Part shown: piece after piece, positions 8,995 to 16,484 of the stretch
Numbering within the stretch: position 1 is the stretch's first letter
Layout of the letters: the number at the start of each line of letters is the position of its first letter
Source: Candidatus Micrarchaeota archaeon
GTDB lineage: Archaea > Iainarchaeota > Iainarchaeia > JAADDC01
Assembly (NCBI GenBank): GCA_027046625.1
Contig: JALTXX010000011.1
Span: 1-18,424 of the forward strand
Direction: 5' to 3'
DNA length: 18,424 nt
Notes under the pieces: generated by a model
What the model saw: only the letters and a program-made list of their open reading frames with translations
Database searches by the model: none
Told to the model about the DNA's origin: nothing
Program-made: the position numbers and the translations under genes

Positions 8995-9045
8995 AGTAAT
9001 GTTATACCTCGCAAAGTTTTTACCTTTTCGATGTTAGACAGGAGG

Positions 9046-9082
9046 CGGCTGGCAGCCGGAGATTACCCCCATAAGCGGGGGT
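9046..9082. other. Two adjacent GC-rich hairpins in the tRNA-Ala trailer
   Basis: CGGCT-ggc-AGCCG (9046-9058) and ACCCCC-ataagc-GGGGGT (9065-9082) lie in an otherwise AT-rich intergenic region. Confidence 0.5.
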
Positions 9083-9106
9083 TATAAGAAGGTATAGTTC
9101 CAAGGA

Positions 9107-9178
9107 TGGACCCGCCGGGATTCGAACCCGGGGCCTCCCGCTCGCAAGGCGGGCGCTCTACCGCTGAGCTACGGGCCC
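9107..9178 (-). tRNA. tRNA-Ala(TGC), no intron, CCA not encoded
   Basis: Acceptor GGGCCCG/CGGGTCC with the G3:U70 Ala identity pair and discriminator A; anticodon arm CCCGC-CTTGCGA-GCGGG; T arm CCGGG-TTCGAAT-CCCGG; 72 nt. Confidence 0.98.
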
Positions 9179-9195
9179 TCATTCTAACATTGTGC

Positions 9196-9210
9196 AAAAG
9201 GGTTTTATAT
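9196..9210. promoter_or_regulatory. BRE + TATA box shared by tRNA-Ala (minus) and the micro-ORF at 9231 (plus)
   Basis: CAAAAGG-TTTTATAT. The TATA box is about 24 nt from the tRNA 5' end and 20 nt from GTG 9231. Confidence 0.6.
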
Positions 9211-9230
9211 CCTAACAGCATTACAGAAGT

Positions 9231-9412
9231 GTGAAGGGAGAGATCCATCCGTGGGAGAAGGCTGTTAAGCTGGCTGAGAAGAGAGGGGTTGAACCCATGC
9301 TATTGCAAGAACCATAAAAGACTATCTGGAAGTTAGTAAGGAGTTTCACAAAAATTTTTGGGGCGCATGGAGTAATCTTGCGGAATGGTTCAAGGAGCAG
9401 AAGAAGCTTTGA
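9231..9412 (+). pseudogene. About 60-aa small protein split by an apparent 1-nt frameshift (pseudogene, recoding or sequence error)
   Basis: GTG 9231 gives MKGEIHPWEKAVKLAEKRGVEP and stops at 9315-9317. The -1 frame from 9296 gives HAIARTIKDYLEVSKEFHKNFWGAWSNLAEWFKEQKKL* ending at 9412. One extra C in GAACCCAT joins the two. Confidence 0.5.
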
Positions 9413-9436
9413 ATGCTTCCTTGACCCTATTTTTAG

Positions 9437-10132
9437 ATGAGCAGGGAAAAGGAACTTAAACTGCTAAGGGAGGGAAAAATAAAATCTTTCAACGTTCTCG
9501 AGCCATATGGAATACGTATCCCCAATAAACTTACAGAACTATACCCTCATATAAGTCCGGAGGTGTTCTTTAGGACCTATAAAGAAATGTTTGGAGAGTT
9601 TCCCCGTGAAGAGGAGCTATTTAGGTATATAGGCTTCCTTTTACCCCTAAAAATGAAAATCCACGAGGGTGTTTTCTATCACTATGATGAGAGAACTCAT
9701 ACCCTCTACATACCAAAGACAAGAGCAGAGGAGTTGTACAAAAAGGCAAGAAGACAGCTCATGCTAAGAAGAAGGGTTAGAGATGCGAGAGACTTCCTGT
9801 ATATTATGTGGTCCAGAACTCCGCTTGTTTCAGCCCCACTATCGCTAGTGTTGAATAAGTACGGTAATCCTATACATGGATTGGTTGCAGCCGCAAGTGC
9901 CATTGCCACCACCACATACCAGATATACAGGTATGCTAAACATGGAGAGCTTCCAATCAAAACTGACATAGATGAAGCCATCAAGATCATAAAAGAAAGA
10001 CACAAAAGGGAGGAAGAGTATCTTAGAGAAGCTGGTCTTACTATAAAAGCCTTGTTGGATGCCCTAAGGGATGATCATGTAAGAAGAGGGATAGAGAGAG
10101 CTGCAAAAGGAGTGTTGGATAATTATACATAA
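9437..10132 (+). CDS. Hypothetical protein with a central moderately hydrophobic segment
   Basis: 231-aa ORF with typical codon usage. No family motif recognised. Confidence 0.75.
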   Translation: MSREKELKLLREGKIKSFNVLEPYGIRIPNKLTELYPHISPEVFFRTYKEMFGEFPREEELFRYIGFLLPLKMKIHEGVFYHYDERTHTLYIPKTRAEELYKKARRQLMLRRRVRDARDFLYIMWSRTPLVSAPLSLVLNKYGNPIHGLVAAASAIATTTYQIYRYAKHGELPIKTDIDEAIKIIKERHKREEEYLREAGLTIKALLDALRDDHVRRGIERAAKGVLDNYT

Positions 10133-10143
10133 CGGCCCCTGAC

Positions 10144-10158
10144 CGAAAAGTATTTATT
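10144..10158 (+). promoter_or_regulatory. BRE-TATA of the lectin pilin gene
   Basis: CGAAAAG-TATTTATT ends 21 nt before ATG 10180. Confidence 0.65.
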
Positions 10159-10163
10159 CATCG

Positions 10164-10172
10164 TTTTTTTTT
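10164..10172 (+). terminator. Oligo-T tract, possible archaeal terminator of the 9437..10132 gene
   Basis: T9 run about 30 nt after the stop codon. It lies inside the next promoter region. Confidence 0.35.
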
Positions 10173-10179
10173 CGTTAGG

Positions 10180-11031
10180 ATGAGAGGAGTTTCACCCATC
10201 GTGGCAACAATACTCATCATCCTCCTAGTGGTAGCCATAGGTATCATACTTTACTCTTCACTCACCAACTATGTAAGCGTTTCTACCTCTACTCTTGGGA
10301 GAACATCCATGATTACATTTACCATAGATGCGTCCACATATGCGATTGAAGCGCCCGGCGCTATGGCTTACTATATGCACTACTATATTCCCATTGATAA
10401 TCCTATGACATGGGAGGAGGCCTTTAACTATTGTAAGGAAAGAGGCTTCCACCTCCTAACACCGGATGAGAGCGGAGATGTAAAAGCTGCTCTTTCTGAT
10501 AAGATGAAGGAGCTGGGATGGACATATGCGTGGATAGGATTGTATCAAGAGGCTGGAGCTGCTGAGCCAGACGATGGATGGAACTTCGTTACAGGTTCTC
10601 CCATTACACTTTCGTTCTGGAAGAGTGGAGAGCCAAATGGAGGGACTGCGCAGAACGTGGCAGCTGTGGATGAAAATGGAGAATGGGTGGATCTAAACTA
10701 TGATATGAATCTACCCTTCTTCTGTGAAACATCTGCTCTACAGTTTACCTTCAACAACAAACACTCAGCCAACTTAAACCTTGAACTGTTCATCGTTAGG
10801 TCAGAAAGGTTTAGCATGAATCTAAGAGATGCTCATAGATTTAGTGTAAACCTTGGAGGTGTGGAGAAAACCTTTGAACAGCCATACGTGTGGTGCAATC
10901 GGTACGTTATCCCAGCAGGAGGTAGTGCCACATGTCGTATCATAGATACAAATCCAAACTTCAGAACATCACCATCCACTATATGTTTATCAGGCTATGG
11001 AGCAACTATATGTGACAGCGTGTATAGATGA
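10180..11031 (+). CDS. Archaeal type IV pilin with an inserted C-type lectin domain
   Basis: Class III signal MRG/VSPIVATILIILLVVAIG. CTLD motifs TWEEAFNYC..GFHL, AWIGL, W..G, WKSGEPNG, WVD and FFCE (about 10390-10728). The chain then resumes pilin-like beta strands (FTFNNKHSANL..IPAGGSAT). Confidence 0.85.
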   Translation: MRGVSPIVATILIILLVVAIGIILYSSLTNYVSVSTSTLGRTSMITFTIDASTYAIEAPGAMAYYMHYYIPIDNPMTWEEAFNYCKERGFHLLTPDESGDVKAALSDKMKELGWTYAWIGLYQEAGAAEPDDGWNFVTGSPITLSFWKSGEPNGGTAQNVAAVDENGEWVDLNYDMNLPFFCETSALQFTFNNKHSANLNLELFIVRSERFSMNLRDAHRFSVNLGGVEKTFEQPYVWCNRYVIPAGGSATCRIIDTNPNFRTSPSTICLSGYGATICDSVYR

Positions 11032-11036
11032 CGATT

Positions 11037-13556
11037 CTATCCTATGTAGCTTGATTCTTCCCTCTTAACCTTTCTTCTCATGCGTTTCATCTGGTTGTAA
11101 AACTCTTCATACCATTTAACTGTCTCGCTGTCAAGGGATGGCCTCACTTCCTTTAGTGCTTCTTCAAAGTGCTTCATCTTCACCTTTGTGGGTTTCATGC
11201 CGCTCTCTTCCAATGCCTTAAAAACTGCCTCTCTTACAAGGGCTGCAAGGTCTGCGCCACTATAATTCTCTGTTAGCTCTGATAGTTTATCTAGATCCAC
11301 TCTCTCGGTGGGAACATTCCTTAAATGTACCCTTAGGATGCTCTTACGTGCCTCTTTGTCAGGAGGAGGAACGTAAATAATCCTGTCAAATCTTCCCGGC
11401 CTAAGAAGGGAGGGATCTATAATATCAGGTCTGTTGGTGGCAGCTATCACTACTACATCCTTCAGCTCTGCAATACCGTCCATCTCTGTAAGTAATTGGT
11501 TTACAATCCTGTCTGTTACATGGGAGTCTGGGAACAAACCTCTTATGGGGGCGATGGCATCTATTTCGTCGATGAAGATAATGGTGGGAGCGCTCTGTCT
11601 GGCCTTTTGAAATACCTCCCTTATGGCTCTTTCGCTCTCACCCACCCACTTAGAGAGTATCTCGGGTCCCTTTATGGCAATGAAGTTCGCTTCACTCTCT
11701 GTTGCTACTGCCTTGGCGAGGAGGGTCTTGCCTGTGCCAGGAGGTCCATAGAGCAAAATACCCTTGGGGGGTTCTATGCCCATGGATTGGAAAACATCAC
11801 GGTGTTTGAGGGGGTACTCCACCACTTCCCTTAGCTTCTTCTTAACAGTGTCCAGTCCTCCTATATCCTCCCATTTTATGTTAGGTACCTCTATGAAAAC
11901 CTCTCTTAACGCAGAGGGTCTTACCTCCTTTAATGCTTCTTCAAAATCCTCCCTCTTTACCACAAGCTCTTCCAATACCTCTTCAGGTACGTCCTTATCT
12001 AGATCTATCTTGGGAAGGACCCTCCTTAATGCCTTCATAGCTGCCTCCTTCACAAGGGCTGCAAGATCAGCCCCCACAAACCCGTGAGTTCTCTCCGCTA
12101 TCTCCCATAGGATATGGTTTCTAAGGTAGGTCTCCACCCTTTCCTTTACTACATAGGGAGACTCCTCAATAACCTTCTTAGCTTCGGAAATGTTTTTCAC
12201 CTTTGAGAGGCGCTTCTTTAGCTCTTTTAATGCCTCGAAGTAGGATATCTCCCTTTCCAGAACCTCACCCACCTTTTCTTCTGACTCCTTGGACAATTTT
12301 TCCTTCATTTCACCAGATAGCTCCTCTATGGCGGATGAAACTGATTCCCCTTTCTTTATCTTATTTAGAGCTTTCTCTGCTCTTTCCATTTCATCCACAA
12401 GGGACTCAACTACCTTCTTTACCCTCTCAAGAGAATCATAAACATCTAGAGGAACGTGTCTTGTATGAATTTGGAGTATCTCAAAACGGCCCCGCTTATC
12501 TGGAACGGGAAGCTCTATCTCCCTGTCAAATCTCCCCGGTCTCCTTAGAGCCGGATCTATGGCATTGGGTCTGTTGGTAGCTGCTATTACTATTACATCT
12601 CCTCTAGCTTCTAATCCATCCATAAGGGTTAGAAGCTGGGCAACCACCCTCCTTTCTACCTCACCTATCACCTCTTCCCTTTTGGGGGCAATGGCATCTA
12701 TTTCGTCGATGAAGATAATGGTGGGGGCGTTCCTTCTTGCTTCCTCAAAGATCTTCCTCAGTTTTTCCTCTGCCTCACCCACAAACTTGCTCATGATTTC
12801 CGGTCCGTTTAGGGCTATAAAGTGCGCGTTTGCCTCTGTTGCTACTGCCTTGGCTAGGAGGGTCTTGCCTGTGCCGGGAGGTCCATAGAGCAAAATACCC
12901 TTGGGGGGTTCTATGCCCAACTTCCTAAACAACTCTGGTTTTCTGAGAGGCAGTTCTATCATCTCCCTTACCTTTTGAATCTGATCGGACAACCCTCCTA
13001 TATCCTCATAGGAGATGGTAGAGGTGGAAAGGACGCCCGTCATCTCCTCTCTGATGATAATCTGGGTATCCGTTGTTACCCTTACTATACCATTGGGGTT
13101 TGTAGAAACAACGGCATACAGATTCTTCCTAAAGATGGGTATGACTAACTTGTCTCCCCTTACAAGGGGCCTCCCTATGAGAAACTTCAACACATAGTGT
13201 TCATATCCCTTTAGAATGACGGCATCCTCGGAGGCGGGGGCTAACACGATTTGCTTTGCAGGTTCCCACTTTGCGGGCCTCACAATCACTTCATCTCCTA
13301 TGGAAACGCCTGCGTTTTCCCTGGTGGTTCTATCCATTCTTATGATTCTTTCCCCTATATCAGAGGTGGGAGCTGGCCATGCAATGGCTGCTGTTTTCTT
13401 GCTTCCCTCTATCTCTATAATGTCCCCATACACTATACCCAGTTCCTTCTTTGTTTGCAAATCTATAGCCACAATTCCCCTGTTTACATGGGAGGGAAGT
13501 GCATCTGCAACCCTCAGCTTTACAGCTTTTTCACCCACGCTAACATAACACCTCAT
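11037..13556 (-). CDS. cdc48: Cdc48/VAT/p97-family AAA+ ATPase with a ~110-aa helical insertion in D1
   Basis: N domain ([14 protein letters not shown]) and two AAA modules, each with [25 protein letters not shown] and RPGRFDR. The C-terminus ends in an HbYX-like ..SYIG. Confidence 0.96.
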   Translation of the reverse strand: MRCYVSVGEKAVKLRVADALPSHVNRGIVAIDLQTKKELGIVYGDIIEIEGSKKTAAIAWPAPTSDIGERIIRMDRTTRENAGVSIGDEVIVRPAKWEPAKQIVLAPASEDAVILKGYEHYVLKFLIGRPLVRGDKLVIPIFRKNLYAVVSTNPNGIVRVTTDTQIIIREEMTGVLSTSTISYEDIGGLSDQIQKVREMIELPLRKPELFRKLGIEPPKGILLYGPPGTGKTLLAKAVATEANAHFIALNGPEIMSKFVGEAEEKLRKIFEEARRNAPTIIFIDEIDAIAPKREEVIGEVERRVVAQLLTLMDGLEARGDVIVIAATNRPNAIDPALRRPGRFDREIELPVPDKRGRFEILQIHTRHVPLDVYDSLERVKKVVESLVDEMERAEKALNKIKKGESVSSAIEELSGEMKEKLSKESEEKVGEVLEREISYFEALKELKKRLSKVKNISEAKKVIEESPYVVKERVETYLRNHILWEIAERTHGFVGADLAALVKEAAMKALRRVLPKIDLDKDVPEEVLEELVVKREDFEEALKEVRPSALREVFIEVPNIKWEDIGGLDTVKKKLREVVEYPLKHRDVFQSMGIEPPKGILLYGPPGTGKTLLAKAVATESEANFIAIKGPEILSKWVGESERAIREVFQKARQSAPTIIFIDEIDAIAPIRGLFPDSHVTDRIVNQLLTEMDGIAELKDVVVIAATNRPDIIDPSLLRPGRFDRIIYVPPPDKEARKSILRVHLRNVPTERVDLDKLSELTENYSGADLAALVREAVFKALEESGMKPTKVKMKHFEEALKEVRPSLDSETVKWYEEFYNQMKRMRRKVKREESSYIG
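11697..12919 (+). repeat. Intragenic direct repeat in cdc48: 11697-11782 vs 12834-12919 (84/86 nt); second pair 11546-11592 vs 12683-12729 (45/47 nt)
   Basis: Manual alignment. Both pairs are offset by 1137 nt and cover the Walker A and Walker B regions of D2 and D1. Confidence 0.9.
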
Positions 13557-13561
13557 AGGGT

Positions 13562-14302
13562 TTAAACAACCTTCTTCAGATGGATAGATCCGGGGGGAAG
13601 AAGGGGATACACATCGTTTATATCAACGTTTAGCTGTGAGGCAATATGTTTTGCCGCTTCCTCCCTCTTCATAGAGCCAGGAGTGAGTTCAAATACCACC
13701 CCACCTCTTTTGACGGCAGATACAAACACTCTCTCATCCACACCCATATACAACCTCAACTCTCCCTTTACCCATTCCCTTTTACCCCTCACAATAATCC
13801 CTCCCTTCGGTCTATACTCTCCCGAGGGGGGAGAAAGGGAAACTTGGCCAAATTTAACGTAAAAAACTGGTAGTGAGGTAAATCCCTCTTTCCACCCCCT
13901 TGAGTAGGAAGCCGCAAAGGCGGCAGCCTCCTTTATATCTCTTTCCCCTCCTTTTTCCCCTCCTTTCATAATAACAGCTGGTGCTCCCACAATATCCGCA
14001 TGAAAGAACAGGTCTCCCTCTTCAAAATATTTCTTTACAAGCAGTTCGTTGGTTTTTGCATCTCTGCCTCCAATTACTAATAGACCTCCGCTTGTAAACA
14101 TCCAACGGAAGGATTCATACCATTCTCTCTTCCTTTTTTTCTTTATCTCTACCCTTCTTTCTTCTTTGGGTTTATAATTCTTTATTCTTTCTTCTAGACG
14201 ACGCTTTTTTTCCTTTAAACGTTTTAAACGTTCGTGAAGCTCTCGAACGTTTTCCCACAGGCTTTTTCTTCTGTCCAGCACTATCTTCATCCCTAATATC
14301 AT
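13562..14302 (-). CDS. Truncated RqcH/Rqc2 (NFACT) homologue: coiled coil + NFACT-R RNA-binding domain + short C-terminal domain
   Basis: LD.RKSLWEN coiled-coil start, [55 protein letters not shown] and [14 protein letters not shown]. At 246 aa it has no NFACT-N or HhH. The start could be ATG 14290. Confidence 0.85.
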   Translation of the reverse strand: MILGMKIVLDRRKSLWENVRELHERLKRLKEKKRRLEERIKNYKPKEERRVEIKKKRKREWYESFRWMFTSGGLLVIGGRDAKTNELLVKKYFEEGDLFFHADIVGAPAVIMKGGEKGGERDIKEAAAFAASYSRGWKEGFTSLPVFYVKFGQVSLSPPSGEYRPKGGIIVRGKREWVKGELRLYMGVDERVFVSAVKRGGVVFELTPGSMKREEAAKHIASQLNVDINDVYPLLPPGSIHLKKVV

Positions 14303-15956
14303 GCCATACCACTTCTTTTATGCGCTGACTATTGGAGAGTATGATATCCACATATTCCTTCAGAATTTTTCTTGTCTCCTTTAGTACATCCTCCCTCCTC
14401 CTCTTTCCTCTCTCTATCAGGTCCATCTCCCTCTCAAGGTTCGCCGTTATTTCTGGAGAAAGGAGGTAAGGTATCAGCGCATTTAAGATATTATATAGGT
14501 TTTCTCCAAGTTTGGTGGGCTTTATACGTTTTCTTCCCTCAATGTAGCCCCTTTTGTAAAGTTTAGATATAATATCCTGCCTCGTGGACTTCGTTCCAAG
14601 TCCAAGCCTTTCCATTTCCTTAACGAGATCCCCCGGGGAGTATCTCGGCGGAGGGGTTGTCTTGGAAGTAGAAAGTGCCTTTTCTCTTATGGCAACTTCT
14701 CCCGTTAGCTCTGGTACCCTTTGAAGCTCTATCCTTCTAGGGTATATTTTCGTCCATCCCCTATCTAATACGATGCCTCCAGATACCCTAATCTCTATCC
14801 CCCCGGAGGAAAGAATGGCTTCTCTTCTCTCTACAATCCCATCTCTATAGAAGGTGGCCAGAAACCTCCTTGCTATAAGGTCATACACTCTTAGAAGATC
14901 ATCCTTTAGATTTGTGGGAGGTTTTACAGGGTATATGGGAGGGTGGTCTTCTGTTTTCCTTCCCTTGGAGGGTTGGTATATCTCTTCGATGCCATAAAGG
15001 GTTTTCAGCATGCTTGCGTAGCGTTTTGCCTCTGGAGGATAGGTTTGATTATCAGTCCTAGGATAGGTGATGTATCCCATCATGTAAAGTTCTTCCGCCA
15101 GTGCCATAGCCTTTGAGGGTGAGAGGCCTAGTAATCTATTTGCCTCGGATAGAAAAGTGGTTGTATCGAAGGGTTTCGGACGAGGTATAGATTCTTTTTT
15201 CTTATTAAATGATACAACCTTCGCCCTGTTAGTTATAGAGTGTAGCCAAAGCTCTGCCTCTTCTTTTTTCTTCGTTCTCTCCGTTGTACCCACAAAACCT
15301 CCGTCAAACGTAACCTTAACGTAGTAGAATGTCTCTGGCTTAAAAGAGCGTATCTGGAGCTCCCTTTCCACTACTAATGCAAGCGTAGGTGTTTGAACCC
15401 TACCTATAGAAAGGAAGTCTCTACCTCTCCTGTTAGAAACCAGAGAAATAGCCCTTGTAAGGGTGGCACCCCATAGAAGATCCACATCCCTTCTAGCAAA
15501 GGCTGCTTCTGCAAGATTTTCCCTTGGTTTCCCTAGGTTGGAGAATGCTCTTTCAAGTTCTTCCTTGGAAAGAGAGGAGAACCATGCCCTGTAGGCAGGA
15601 ATGTTTTTGTATATCTTCTTTACAACTTCCAAGCCTATAGCCTCTCCTTCTCTATCTGCATCTGTCGCTATAATAACAAGAGATGGCTTCAACCCCCTCA
15701 AAACACTATATATATCCCATCTTACAATTTTTTCCCTTATAGGGGCCTCTATAAGCTCATAGAGGTGTTTTAGACTCCACCTTCCAAACTCCTCTGGAAA
15801 ATCCACATCTATGATATGACCCGATAGAGGCACCACCACGGTATCGTTATATCTGAAAACTGGTACCCTTCCCCTTCTTTCCATGGATGCGGAGGGGAAA
15901 AGCTGAGATACAAGGGTCTTTGCTGCAAGAGGCTTTTCCATAAGAATGAGCCTCAT
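14172..15956 (-). CDS. topA: Type IA DNA topoisomerase without Zn ribbons, with a basic C-terminal tail
   Basis: Toprim EKP and ATDADREGE, GRVQTPTL, catalytic GYITYPRTD, HPPIYP and GLGTKSTR. Confidence 0.95.
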   Translation of the reverse strand: MRLILMEKPLAAKTLVSQLFPSASMERRGRVPVFRYNDTVVVPLSGHIIDVDFPEEFGRWSLKHLYELIEAPIREKIVRWDIYSVLRGLKPSLVIIATDADREGEAIGLEVVKKIYKNIPAYRAWFSSLSKEELERAFSNLGKPRENLAEAAFARRDVDLLWGATLTRAISLVSNRRGRDFLSIGRVQTPTLALVVERELQIRSFKPETFYYVKVTFDGGFVGTTERTKKKEEAELWLHSITNRAKVVSFNKKKESIPRPKPFDTTTFLSEANRLLGLSPSKAMALAEELYMMGYITYPRTDNQTYPPEAKRYASMLKTLYGIEEIYQPSKGRKTEDHPPIYPVKPPTNLKDDLLRVYDLIARRFLATFYRDGIVERREAILSSGGIEIRVSGGIVLDRGWTKIYPRRIELQRVPELTGEVAIREKALSTSKTTPPPRYSPGDLVKEMERLGLGTKSTRQDIISKLYKRGYIEGRKRIKPTKLGENLYNILNALIPYLLSPEITANLEREMDLIERGKRRREDVLKETRKILKEYVDIILSNSQRIKEVVWHDIRDEDSAGQKKKPVGKRSRASRTFKTFKGKKASSRRKNKEL

Positions 15957-16429
15957 CCAAGCACCCTCTGGCCTATTTTTAGAGGTATCACAAAGGGTTT
16001 TTCGTATTCTTCCAAAGAGATATAGGTTTTTACATCTGCCACTCCATCTATTTTGCCTAATTCATCCAGAAATCTTCTAACTTCTTCTATGTCCTCTCCC
16101 ACACCCTTTATGAGGATGGGATAATCCCCCACCAGCTGGTGTATCTCAAGTATGTGGGGAAGCTCTTGAAGTCTCCTCATAACACGCTGTATATCAGATA
16201 CGTCTACCCTCAAGAGGGCAAAGTAGGTGTACTTGAAACCTACTCGCTTTTTATCTACAATTGCACTGATCCTCTTTATTATTCCCTTTGAAATCAACTT
16301 ATCTACTCGCTTTTTAACCGCTACATCCGACAACTTTGTTTCTTTTGCTATGTAGGAGAAAGGTATTCTTCCATCCTGCACAAGTATCTTAAGTATCTTC
16401 CTATCTACAGGATCTAACTCCCCTTCCAC
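15953..16429 (-). CDS. Lrp/AsnC-family transcriptional regulator
   Basis: LDPVDRKILKILVQDGRIPFSYIAKETKLSDVAVKKRVDKL..GII HTH plus a RAM domain (GDYP). Start moved to GTG 16429, 24 nt from the TATA box. ATGA overlap with topA. Confidence 0.92.
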   Translation of the reverse strand: MEGELDPVDRKILKILVQDGRIPFSYIAKETKLSDVAVKKRVDKLISKGIIKRISAIVDKKRVGFKYTYFALLRVDVSDIQRVMRRLQELPHILEIHQLVGDYPILIKGVGEDIEEVRRFLDELGKIDGVADVKTYISLEEYEKPFVIPLKIGQRVLG

Positions 16430-16453
16430 GGTTAGTATAGTTAACCAGTACCC

Positions 16454-16460
16454 TTTATAT
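16454..16460. promoter_or_regulatory. Central TATA box shared by the lrp operon and the ATP-cone gene
   Basis: TTTATAT lies exactly 24 nt from GTG 16429 (minus) and 24 nt from GTG 16485 (plus). Confidence 0.65.
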
Positions 16461-16484
16461 TGTTGGCTATTCTTAACTAAAGCT

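Noticed and set aside
8991-9014. Out-of-frame TTG CGA GGT ATA (MRGI) upstream of the 8994 pilin-like gene as a frameshifted leader
   Set aside because: The TTG is only about 2 nt from the TATA box, so it is probably not transcribed, and its spacing to the hydrophobic helix does not fit. Likely chance.
5880-9180. Integrated element at either tRNA
   Set aside because: I saw no integrase or transposase and no duplicated tRNA 3' end (att site); the flanking genes are housekeeping.
12115-12447. Cdc48 insertion considered as a mini-intein
   Set aside because: It has no N-terminal Cys/Ser splice motif and no His-Asn followed by Cys/Ser/Thr, and it is not in Walker A where Cdc48 inteins usually sit.
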